This document shows, piece by piece, positions 17,522-26,901 of a DNA stretch of 64,000 bases (position 1 is its first letter; each line of letters opens with the position of its first letter). Made by a program: the position numbers and the translations under genes. Origin of the DNA: a virus (lineage: Duplodnaviria > Caudoviricetes); IMG/VR virus record IMGVR_UViG_3300032319_000846, positions 32,001-96,000 of that record; one strand, written 5' to 3'. Under the pieces are notes generated by a model. It ran no database searches. It was not told where the DNA came from and saw only the letters and a program-made list of their open reading frames with translations.

Positions 17522-17890
17522 TTGATACATGTAGGATTACAATTTATAGCAGGAGAACCCGGAAATGGGGATGATGACACAATTTACACTGTTTTAAAAA
17601 TTAAAGATAAATACGTCACCTTTAGTTATGATGATAATAAAACTACTAATTATGTACTTGCTGAAGCAGAACATAATTTAGAAAGTAAAAAATGGACAGT
17701 TATTCAATCTAAAGACCCTTTAATTAACTTTCAATTAATAGATAAAACAGCTATGATTAACGAACTCTATCATATTCATATTATGGGAATGGGAGTGAAT
17801 TACTCAGGATTGGATAATAAAGTAAAAACAGAAATCAAAACAATAGGAAGAAAACTTACAGAGCTTCTTGAAACATTTAGAGCACTATGA
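17522..17890 (+). CDS. Hypothetical protein (TTG start)
   Basis: ORF; A-rich leader before the TTG. Confidence 0.6.
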   Translation: MIHVGLQFIAGEPGNGDDDTIYTVLKIKDKYVTFSYDDNKTTNYVLAEAEHNLESKKWTVIQSKDPLINFQLIDKTAMINELYHIHIMGMGVNYSGLDNKVKTEIKTIGRKLTELLETFRAL

Positions 17891-18252
17891 CAAGATACAA
17901 AACACTGTTTGATAAAACTAAACAGCAATGGTGTGAGATTAAAGGTAAGGAGCTTCGATATACAGAAGCTCCTGTATTAAAATTATATAGTACAGATTTT
18001 CCTTATGAAGGATTACCAAGATATATAAAAGAATACATTGTTGTACATTGTGAAGTGAAATATTTGAATATGTATGTTATTACTTCCACATCTCCTACTG
18101 TTTGGAAATCATCTTCTTCATATACAAGAGAGCAGATAGATTTAGTAAAGTCATGTTTAGCAGAAGGAATTAATTGGAGAGCTATTCATAAAAAATACTT
18201 TATAGAACGTTCTCCAAGAGCTATTCAAGAATTAATAAAAAGGATTAAATAA
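17887..18252 (+). CDS. Protein with a C-terminal Myb/HTH-like domain
   Basis: YTREQIDLV...GINWRAI...RSPRAIQ. Confidence 0.6.
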   Translation: MTRYKTLFDKTKQQWCEIKGKELRYTEAPVLKLYSTDFPYEGLPRYIKEYIVVHCEVKYLNMYVITSTSPTVWKSSSSYTREQIDLVKSCLAEGINWRAIHKKYFIERSPRAIQELIKRIK

Positions 18253-18287
18253 AAAAGGAGGGAAATTGATTCCCTCCTTACATTTTT
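18251..18287. terminator. Bidirectional terminator between the convergent gene blocks
   Basis: aaggagggaa-attga-ttccctcctt with an A-tract on the left and a T-tract on the right. Confidence 0.85.
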
Positions 18288-18293
18288 AATTTA

Positions 18294-19547
18294 CTAATGA
18301 CAATTGCAATTTGGAACTGTTGGTGTTTTAGATGTACACTTGCATTGCTCTTTAAAAGAAAAGTATTGATAACAGGACAAAACACTCCATGTTCCATTAC
18401 AATTTATTTTAAATTGGTAATATCCAGAAAGAGATGTTCGATAAACTCCCTCTCCAAGCACATTAAGTTCTATTGTAGCCACTCTAATAGAATTTCTATA
18501 TAATTCCACACTACCTTCTGAGCATCCCTTAAAATCAAATCCTGTGAGTTTATGCACCATTTCATAAGATGTAGAAGCACAATCATTCACCACCACGGAT
18601 TTATTAAGTGATAATCCATTAAATTCTACACTTACATTATATGTAGCTCCTACATCAGGAAGATTCCATACAGCACTTGTTCCTAACAATCCAGAAGAAG
18701 GAATAATAGTTCCTCCTGTAGTGGTGTAAGTGATGAATTTATTAGCTTGGAATATCGTAACATTGTTTTTACTCACTGTATATCCTGAAACTGTAGAAGT
18801 AATAATAAAATCATCACTTGTAATATAAGTACTTAATACGGTAGAAATAGCAGTGAGGTAGTTAATAACACTTACATTAGTACCATTAAATACAAGTTCA
18901 ATATACCCAAGTCTTGTAGTAAAATAATTTAATGTAGAAGGTTCTATTAAAAGAGTGTTAGTAGGTGAATACAAGTTGTTACTCCAATATACACTATTTC
19001 CTGCTGCTGTAGTTTCAGTCCATACACCATTTGTAGAATTTACATTATTTGTATATCCTTCTTCTAAAAATACGTTGGTGCGATTAAAAAAACTGCCATT
19101 TAAAGAAAGTTTTACTATATTTGCACTTGCGGGAGAAGTAGGAGCAAAGAACAATCTTATTCTATCCTGTAAAGTAGGGAGGATAGTAAGCTGCTCATTA
19201 CAAGTAAGAACTTCGGAAGGAAGTCCTAAATTAAATCCTACAGGTAGTGCAGTTTTAGAATTTGAAACATCTGCATTACAATAAGACCTCACTTGCAAGA
19301 TTGTATTATCCTTACTGCTTGAATATCCTACACTGGAAGGAAGTGTAAAATAAAAATATCCATTTCCTAAACTGATTACATTTTCAGAGGGGATAGGGTG
19401 TTGAGCAGAATTTACAACTACAATTAGTTGTTTGTCTTTATATACACCATTACTATCTACCCAACAATGTGTATTTGGAGTATTCCCTACTCCTTGAACA
19501 GAAAAGAATTTATCTCCTTCCTGAAACTGTCTTAATATGAAGGCCAT
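18294..19547 (-). CDS. Putative virion protein, beta-rich with a Cys-rich C-terminus
   Basis: Last gene of the tail block; S/T/N-rich; ends CKC...CNCH. Confidence 0.7.
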   Translation of the reverse strand: MAFILRQFQEGDKFFSVQGVGNTPNTHCWVDSNGVYKDKQLIVVVNSAQHPIPSENVISLGNGYFYFTLPSSVGYSSSKDNTILQVRSYCNADVSNSKTALPVGFNLGLPSEVLTCNEQLTILPTLQDRIRLFFAPTSPASANIVKLSLNGSFFNRTNVFLEEGYTNNVNSTNGVWTETTAAGNSVYWSNNLYSPTNTLLIEPSTLNYFTTRLGYIELVFNGTNVSVINYLTAISTVLSTYITSDDFIITSTVSGYTVSKNNVTIFQANKFITYTTTGGTIIPSSGLLGTSAVWNLPDVGATYNVSVEFNGLSLNKSVVVNDCASTSYEMVHKLTGFDFKGCSEGSVELYRNSIRVATIELNVLGEGVYRTSLSGYYQFKINCNGTWSVLSCYQYFSFKEQCKCTSKTPTVPNCNCH

Positions 19548-19550
19548 GTG

Positions 19551-20975
19551 TTATGCTGCTGAATTAATTACTGTTTTAAATACTTTAGTTCTTCTATCCT
19601 GCATTGAAAATATCCATTGATTTCCTGAATGACTCACTTTAATTTTTGTTGTAGATAGGTTGTCTGCTTTAGGGTCTGTGCAAATAAACAAAATGTTATT
19701 TCCATTTATAATTTTTGTAACAATAGGTCTTCCCCCCTGATAATCTGCAACAATTCCACTTCCATTTGAAGGTTTGGAAACACTCACCCAACTTCCTGCT
19801 CCTCTTTTATAAGAAAAGTCTGCATCTATTTTAGTTCCTCCACTTACAATATTTTCTATTTGAGAAAACACATGAGCAGATTTAAACACTTCTTCTACAG
19901 AAAGTCCATCTATATAATTATAACTTCTGTTAGGAGTGGGTCTGTTTCCATGACCTACACCAAAAGGAGTTGGAGGAGAAGGGCTTCCTGAAAATCCTGT
20001 TTTATTTAAATCAAATCCTGAATATAGAATATCTACACTATCATTTTTAGCATCACTAATTGCAATTCCCGGAGATTTCCAATACCATATTCCATCTCCT
20101 TCTAACATTCCATATAAAGCATAAGATTCCATTGTAGCAAGAGATTCTTCAGAAAGATAATCTTGATAAATATAACTTGTATTTGTATAAGGAGCATCTA
20201 AATAAACGCGATGTCTGAATATAGGAACATTTGCTCCAAAATTATCACAATATCCTGCTAAAAATCCTATTTGTTTTTGTACATGAGAAATAAGTCCTGC
20301 TTCTTTCATTTTTTTAATAGCTCTGAATCTGTGTATATAATTATACAAATTTACTTCAGGGTCAAAAGCAGCATTATTTCTACTTAAATCCACTCCATAA
20401 CCAATAACAATATTCATATTTATTTGGTCATTAAGTGTGCCTCCTAAAGAAGTTACAGATTGATTACCTATTCCTGAAACTATAGGAGTATTATAAAAAG
20501 TAGTTGCCCCTGCATCCCACACTTGAATACTGGTGAAATAAGACATAGCATCTACCCATTGACCAAAATAACTTCCTGCATCCTTTACCCCTTTTGCAAA
20601 ATTAGCTACTCTCTCTCTGGTAGTTGAGTTGTTTACATCTCCATAAACTCCTTCATAATCTCCAAAGATATATTTAAAAGAAGAAGCTGTCGATGCTCCA
20701 TAAGCTAATGCAAAAGCATTAGATGTAAAATTAGTTACAGCTTCAGAGTCATACATTGTATATCCTCTTTCATATATAGAACTATCTGTATTACTTAAAA
20801 GAGAAATTCCTTTATTATATCTTGTTGCTGCATTTACAATTCCCAATCCTGTTCTATAAAAAGGAACCTCAAACCCAAATTTTTTTGTAGTGAGAGTAAA
20901 TGTAGGGGCAGAATTAAACACATCTGCCACCATATTATCAGGAGTACTGTTACTTATATAAGGTGAAATATTCAT
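19551..20975 (-). CDS. Putative virion carbohydrate-active protein (possible TIM barrel plus beta-sandwich)
   Basis: Tail-block location; aromatic-rich; GDGIWYW motif. Confidence 0.55.
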   Translation of the reverse strand: MNISPYISNSTPDNMVADVFNSAPTFTLTTKKFGFEVPFYRTGLGIVNAATRYNKGISLLSNTDSSIYERGYTMYDSEAVTNFTSNAFALAYGASTASSFKYIFGDYEGVYGDVNNSTTRERVANFAKGVKDAGSYFGQWVDAMSYFTSIQVWDAGATTFYNTPIVSGIGNQSVTSLGGTLNDQINMNIVIGYGVDLSRNNAAFDPEVNLYNYIHRFRAIKKMKEAGLISHVQKQIGFLAGYCDNFGANVPIFRHRVYLDAPYTNTSYIYQDYLSEESLATMESYALYGMLEGDGIWYWKSPGIAISDAKNDSVDILYSGFDLNKTGFSGSPSPPTPFGVGHGNRPTPNRSYNYIDGLSVEEVFKSAHVFSQIENIVSGGTKIDADFSYKRGAGSWVSVSKPSNGSGIVADYQGGRPIVTKIINGNNILFICTDPKADNLSTTKIKVSHSGNQWIFSMQDRRTKVFKTVINSAA

Positions 20976-20976
20976 A

Positions 20977-23682
20977 TTATAAATTATCTATTATTACTAC
21001 TTTTGGATAACCGTTTGTTCCACTTCCACAAGAAGCATAAGCACTGTTATATGTGTTGTTATATGCACTTTGGTATCCTCCACCTGTTCTTGCTACATCT
21101 GCTTCAAAAGTTAATGTTGCACAACTATTAGTTGGATAGAGTCTTCTTTTATGTAAAAAATTATTAGCGTTTAATAAAGCCAACACTTGACTTGCTACCT
21201 GATAATTAGGACTTCCTGTATCATGATAATTACTAAAAAAAGAAAAATTAGAAATTTTAATTCCTCCCGTTTTAGCTCTCCTTATAGAGTTATAAATTCT
21301 GTTTACATTGGTAGATACATTTTGAGAAGGGTTATATGTGTCTTCTAATATAGATAAATTGTTATTATATGTGTGACACAAACTTGCTTCCATTTCTATA
21401 TTATAGGTATCCCAATAATCAGGATTATCTTTTAATCCATCAATTTCAGGTCTTAAATCTGAAGTGGGAACAGCCCATACACCTCTTGTACCAATAGAAT
21501 CTGTTAAACTACCACAATCATAAACTGTATTAAATCCTTTTGCTTTAAAAATAGCTCCCCATCTTTTAGCAAATTTTTTCAGTTGGTATCCTTTAAATTT
21601 CAACCAACGTTTTCCTGCTGTTCCATTATAATCTAATGGTGCTGATAATACATTACCATATACAGAAGTTTGCCATGTATTCCAAGCAGCTATCTCTGTT
21701 GGATGATAATCACAATTTAAACCTCCGGGACTAGAAATGGGATATTGAAGTTCTTGATTTTCTTCTTGTGTAACAGCTACAATAACATTATTTGCATACC
21801 CACTGAACTCATTAGATACTAAATTCCAAAATCTATCCATATTGGTAATTTTTCCACTGCTTAATGTCATTGGAATAGATGTATTACTTCCTGAATACAT
21901 TGCTCCGTTAGACATTCTCATTCCATCATTAACAGGGTCATAAGTGTGAGCAGGAGCAGGATTTAATGTTCCAACACTCATTTGGAATTTTAAATAAGCT
22001 TTCATACCTTTTACATTAATGATATAATTTAAAAGAGCTTTCACCTTATTAAGGGTTAATACATCTAAAATATTTTCCACTTGTTCTAACTCAGCCCATT
22101 CTACAGTGAATAGTATCATGTTACCGCCATCTGCTCTCCAGTTATCTATAGCTGTTTTTTTATTTCCACCTACTAATACAGTACCTACATTTATTATATC
22201 ATTTAATCCCCCTAACCAAATACTTTCATAAGCATCTGTATCTGCACCTAAAGTAGGAGAAGCAGAAACAATTCTAAATGAAATTTGCTTTTTAGATTGT
22301 GCAGCACTATTATCTCCCCAATATGCTCCATTATAAGCATATTTAGTAATACTGTGATTTGTTAATGGTTCAAGTTTTAGTCCTGAAAGATTATTTCTCC
22401 ATTTACCATTTACGTTGTAATAGATGTTTGAAACTGAAGGTGAAGCACTATCTGTTATAAGAAACTCACCGTTAGGTTGTTGTGTGTACACAAGTTTCAT
22501 AAATCCATCATTTTCATTTACAGCTTTAGATTCCTTTACAGAAAAACTTGTAGTGAGTCTTAGTGGGAGATAGATGGAAGATTTGAAATTTCCATCTATG
22601 TATGCATCTACATATCCATATTGAGAAGATGTTACTGTCATAGTTGAAGAATATGCAGCAGTGAGAGTTCCTACAATTGAGCTTCCCTGTTTTAAATCAA
22701 TTGTGACAGTATCAAGCAAATTACCTCCTGAAAGAGAAAAACTTATTGTTTTTCCTATAGGAGCATCAACAATAAAATCTTCGATTGCAATAGCAGTTCC
22801 ACTTCCTCCCCCACAATTGAGAATAGGAACACAATTTCCTGAAATTAATTCAAAACATTGAGAACATGTTACAGGAGTAGTGACTACAAAAGTTTTAGCA
22901 GTTTGTCCTAAACACGCATTACTATCTAATTCAAATGTATAAGTTGCAGGAGCTAATGTTCCAAAATCTATTGTAAGAACACTACTTGTAGGAATAATTG
23001 TACCGCTTGTCATAATTGTTCCCGTAGAATTTTTCACTCTCCAATTACCTGATGTTAAAGAACAAGCATTAAATGCTATATTATAACTTGTAGTGGAGCC
23101 TATTTTTGTAATACTATCTACAGAAAAACTGCTTAAATTAGAACATCCACAATTAGGAAGACAGCTTCCTGTGGTGTAAGAAGTAAAAGTAATACATAAA
23201 GAAGGGTTTTCTGTATTTCTTACATATATGTAATAAGTGTTATTTTTTAATAACTGATTAAACTGATTAATAGATTGCCAAGAAGTAGGTGCAACTCCTA
23301 TTGTTGTACTAAGTCCATATTCCAATGTACCACTACCAGATGTATTCACTGCTACAACAATACTTGTTGTATTAGAAACACACGATTCTGAAACATTTGA
23401 AATAGCTACAGTACAAATTGTAGATGGACAATTCACTACTAAATTTGTAGTAATATCATCCTTACACATTGTATCAGAAACTGCTTCTAATCTAATGTTA
23501 ATATTATCAAGTGTGTATACGCCATTTCCAATAGCAATTGTAGCTGTTGAAGAGTTTAATAGATTTATCACTTGGTTTTGAGTGAGATAAGAAGATGTAA
23601 GGAGATTTCCTTCATCATTCCTAAAACTCACTCTATAATTTCCTGTTACAGGACTTCCTAAATTTAAAGTTAGATTTGCCAT
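20977..23682 (-). CDS. Multidomain virion protein: Cys-rich Ig-like domains plus a C-terminal clan-A-like glycoside hydrolase barrel
   Basis: GGNMILFTVEWAELEQ...KGMKAYL resembles the GH42/GH35/GH14-type barrel start; ENQE and SILE are candidate catalytic Glu positions. Confidence 0.6.
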   Translation of the reverse strand: MANLTLNLGSPVTGNYRVSFRNDEGNLLTSSYLTQNQVINLLNSSTATIAIGNGVYTLDNINIRLEAVSDTMCKDDITTNLVVNCPSTICTVAISNVSESCVSNTTSIVVAVNTSGSGTLEYGLSTTIGVAPTSWQSINQFNQLLKNNTYYIYVRNTENPSLCITFTSYTTGSCLPNCGCSNLSSFSVDSITKIGSTTSYNIAFNACSLTSGNWRVKNSTGTIMTSGTIIPTSSVLTIDFGTLAPATYTFELDSNACLGQTAKTFVVTTPVTCSQCFELISGNCVPILNCGGGSGTAIAIEDFIVDAPIGKTISFSLSGGNLLDTVTIDLKQGSSIVGTLTAAYSSTMTVTSSQYGYVDAYIDGNFKSSIYLPLRLTTSFSVKESKAVNENDGFMKLVYTQQPNGEFLITDSASPSVSNIYYNVNGKWRNNLSGLKLEPLTNHSITKYAYNGAYWGDNSAAQSKKQISFRIVSASPTLGADTDAYESIWLGGLNDIINVGTVLVGGNKKTAIDNWRADGGNMILFTVEWAELEQVENILDVLTLNKVKALLNYIINVKGMKAYLKFQMSVGTLNPAPAHTYDPVNDGMRMSNGAMYSGSNTSIPMTLSSGKITNMDRFWNLVSNEFSGYANNVIVAVTQEENQELQYPISSPGGLNCDYHPTEIAAWNTWQTSVYGNVLSAPLDYNGTAGKRWLKFKGYQLKKFAKRWGAIFKAKGFNTVYDCGSLTDSIGTRGVWAVPTSDLRPEIDGLKDNPDYWDTYNIEMEASLCHTYNNNLSILEDTYNPSQNVSTNVNRIYNSIRRAKTGGIKISNFSFFSNYHDTGSPNYQVASQVLALLNANNFLHKRRLYPTNSCATLTFEADVARTGGGYQSAYNNTYNSAYASCGSGTNGYPKVVIIDNL

Positions 23683-26000
23683 TATATTGCTCTTTCTCCG
23701 CTTAAAATTGATTCTTCGTAATTAGTTTTAGTTAAATTTACCAATGCTCTTTGAGCTGCTGTTTTAAATTTTGCACCTTCGCTGTGTACATTTGCTCCTC
23801 CTATTGCTGTAAATGTTACTTGTCCTGCCCCCATTTGAACAAATGTTGTCATTGTTCCAATTCTAATATTAGCTGTGGCATCAGCAGGAATTGTAACAGT
23901 CATTGCAGAAGAAGAATTCATGTAAAATATTTTTCCTGCATCTAATTTAGTTAATGTGAATCCTGCTGTTTTGGTAATTACAGGTCTAATTAGAGTAGGA
24001 GCTTCTGTAATTCCATTTGTATTAAAATCTAAAGCATTTAACAGATAATCAACTGTGGTTACATCTTGAAATCTATTATTTCTAATTGTACAATAATCCC
24101 AAGTTCCTGTAGGGCATTCAATCCAAAGTCCATTTACACATGTGTTGTCAGCTATATTTTCTGTAAAGTTAACTGCTTTTAACGCTAATGCGCTTGAAAT
24201 GCTTTGAATATAAATACACCACTTAGAAATATTAGAAAAACTGTTTGCGCTGATAATAGTATATTTTCCTCCCTGATACAATTTAATTCCATAATCAGAG
24301 TTTATAAAATTATTGTTTGAGATTATTCCAAAAGCATTTTGTAATTCACTATTTAGGTGAAAAACTCCACATCCATCTGTAGACACATCTCCTAAATAAT
24401 TTCTAAAAGTGTTTCCAATTATATTCAATCTTATAATGGAATTATATACTGCATAAACACCAAAAAAATAACTTGCTCCTGCTCCTACAAATTGATTATT
24501 TTTCACAGTAAAATCTTCAGCAAGTGTACCTATAGTTTCAAAAGACAACCCTGTAGTATCTGTAAAGATATTGTTTTCAAACAAAATATCTTTACAATCA
24601 AAACCAATCGTCACTTTCTTTTGAAATATGTTTCCAACAAATTTGCTTTGTTGTTGTCCTGTAATATTAAGGGTAGAGGCAAAAACACATCCTTCAACCA
24701 ATGTATTACAAACAATAATCATGTTAAAAAAAGGATTGATTGTTTTTCCTGTTGTTAAAAACTTACAATTTGAAATTGTATTATTTTCAGCAAATCTTGC
24801 CAATCCTAAATAAATATCATTAACAACACTGTTTGTTACAATAATATTTGACCAAGTGTTATAACCCCCACCTCCCCACGTTATACCATAATAACAACTT
24901 CTAATTCTTATGTTATTAAAATAATTATTATGAGATTCATTTCCTGTAGCAATTGCTGCTCTTAATCTATAAGTAGCTCCATAAGAAGGAATTGTAGAAG
25001 GGTCATAATAAGCTGTGTATGTTCCGCACCCTTGAAACTCGCTATCAATAAATTTAGAATGTTCCGCTTCTTCAAAATCTATTCCTGAAAGTGCAGAATT
25101 TCTTCCTGTGCAATTTTTGAATACAACATTAAATGCAGATGCTCCTCCTTCTCCTGCTGCTGTAAAACAATGTCTTCCAACATTTTCTACATAACAATTT
25201 TCTACAACAATATTTTCTGTAGTAATTAAAGGATTAGCATTAAATCCTTCAATGTAAACACCGTCTCCTACAATGTTTCCTCCACTTGCAATATTAGAAA
25301 TTCTGCAATTTCTAATCAAAACATTTTTTACCGCTCCATATCTTGCTCCTACAATAATCCCCATTCCTCCCCACAAGTTATCATCTATAATTGTAGCAGA
25401 TGTTCCACTTCTTGCAATACCACATTTATCAATGGTCAGATTTTCTATAGTGATGTTAGAAGAATTGTATACAGTAACACCAAAACAGTATTTGTATCCT
25501 GTAAAAACATTTGTTGTCTGCCCTCCACCATCAATTTTGAAATTAGAAACAGTTACATTGGTTTTACCATTAATTCCTACAAAATCTCTTAATCCATCTG
25601 CCCCTGCTTTTAACACACTTTCTGCTCCTTCTCCGTAAACCTGTTGATTAGAATTAAGTACAAGATTTGAAGTGATAATGTATGTTCCCATAGGAATAAA
25701 TACATTTTTATTTGTAGCAATAGCAGCAGCAACAGCAGTGGTGTCATTTGTTGTCCCATCTCCTTTTGCTCCAAATTGTTTCAAATTCACAATTAATGAA
25801 GTTGAAATCCATCTTCCTGTAGCTACACCTGTTACAGCAATGATTGTTCCTCCATTATCTGAAAGAACAGAAGAAGAGTTCCATTGATAAGTATTATTAC
25901 CTCCATCGGAAGCAGTGTAATATCCTAATGTTTCTACTAAAGAATTAGTAGTTCCTTTTCTTGTTCTTAATTGAGCTATGTTTGTTATTTTAGTTATCAT
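23682..26000 (-). CDS. Tailspike / depolymerase with a right-handed beta-helix (pectate-lyase-like)
   Basis: VNLKQFGAKGDGTTNDT cap; many IxNCxI/NNxF rungs; N-terminal GYY-x-DGG anchor domain. Confidence 0.85.
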   Translation of the reverse strand: MITKITNIAQLRTRKGTTNSLVETLGYYTASDGGNNTYQWNSSSVLSDNGGTIIAVTGVATGRWISTSLIVNLKQFGAKGDGTTNDTTAVAAAIATNKNVFIPMGTYIITSNLVLNSNQQVYGEGAESVLKAGADGLRDFVGINGKTNVTVSNFKIDGGGQTTNVFTGYKYCFGVTVYNSSNITIENLTIDKCGIARSGTSATIIDDNLWGGMGIIVGARYGAVKNVLIRNCRISNIASGGNIVGDGVYIEGFNANPLITTENIVVENCYVENVGRHCFTAAGEGGASAFNVVFKNCTGRNSALSGIDFEEAEHSKFIDSEFQGCGTYTAYYDPSTIPSYGATYRLRAAIATGNESHNNYFNNIRIRSCYYGITWGGGGYNTWSNIIVTNSVVNDIYLGLARFAENNTISNCKFLTTGKTINPFFNMIIVCNTLVEGCVFASTLNITGQQQSKFVGNIFQKKVTIGFDCKDILFENNIFTDTTGLSFETIGTLAEDFTVKNNQFVGAGASYFFGVYAVYNSIIRLNIIGNTFRNYLGDVSTDGCGVFHLNSELQNAFGIISNNNFINSDYGIKLYQGGKYTIISANSFSNISKWCIYIQSISSALALKAVNFTENIADNTCVNGLWIECPTGTWDYCTIRNNRFQDVTTVDYLLNALDFNTNGITEAPTLIRPVITKTAGFTLTKLDAGKIFYMNSSSAMTVTIPADATANIRIGTMTTFVQMGAGQVTFTAIGGANVHSEGAKFKTAAQRALVNLTKTNYEESILSGERAI

Positions 26001-26010
26001 TATTTTATTT

Positions 26011-26898
26011 TTAGGCTACAGTAATACCATAATAAGTTCCCATATTTCTTTCAATAGTTTGTCTTTCTATTGTAGATAAATTTCTCGTAAAAATTATAAT
26101 CTCAGAAAGGTTAGCATTGAGGAATTCACTTGCATCACCTGCCCTTCTTCCTATCGCCAATTCGTTTCCTGTTACAACACTATTTGCCATTATCCCATTT
26201 GCTGTAGTTCCTATGCTAATTCCATTTCTAAAACATTCAGAAGAGGCTCCTATATTTATAATAGATATAACTTGTTTATCTGATAAAGTATTTGTATTAC
26301 TTCCGTAATCATAGTCAGCATTTGAATTCCTCCATCTTAAAGTATTGTTCGGATTAGGACCAGTTGCTAATCCAAAATGAAAATATGCAGCATTTTTTCC
26401 TTGATTAACAATAGTAGCGTAAACCGAAGTAAACTTTTGATATACTAAAAATATAGACAAATTATTGTTATTAACAAGTCCTGATATTAGTGTGGAAGTT
26501 ACTAAACTACTGCTTGTTCCGTTATAATAATTTGTCACTTTGCTATTTATAACATCATTAGTTCCTGCATTTACTATTCTTGGCTGATTTGCATTTGTTG
26601 CCTGAGATAGAGTTCTTGAATTTCCACTTTGGTCATACCAAGCTGTTACAAATCCACTATTACTTGATACATGAGAACTCAAAGCATTTGTATTATAATC
26701 TCCACTGGAAAAACCAATATCTACTGTAGAATTATCACTATTTCTACGAATATTGTTTGCGTAAGTAATTCCGCTTTTTAATTGTCTCATTGACCACGCA
26801 CCTACTAAATTAGTATTAGAAACATTATCTAATATATAAGGAAGAATAGGTGTAGATGCTCCTATTTTTATAAGTAAAGATGGAAATCTATTATACAT
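26011..26898 (-). CDS. ConA/LamG-like (arabinofuranosidase-B-like fold) tail protein
   Basis: AWSMRQL, IRRNSDN, VTAWYDQSGN, NQPRIVNAG, LSEIIIF...IE-x-MGTYY. Confidence 0.75.
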   Translation of the reverse strand: MYNRFPSLLIKIGASTPILPYILDNVSNTNLVGAWSMRQLKSGITYANNIRRNSDNSTVDIGFSSGDYNTNALSSHVSSNSGFVTAWYDQSGNSRTLSQATNANQPRIVNAGTNDVINSKVTNYYNGTSSSLVTSTLISGLVNNNNLSIFLVYQKFTSVYATIVNQGKNAAYFHFGLATGPNPNNTLRWRNSNADYDYGSNTNTLSDKQVISIINIGASSECFRNGISIGTTANGIMANSVVTGNELAIGRRAGDASEFLNANLSEIIIFTRNLSTIERQTIERNMGTYYGITVA

Positions 26899-26901
26899 AT
26901 T

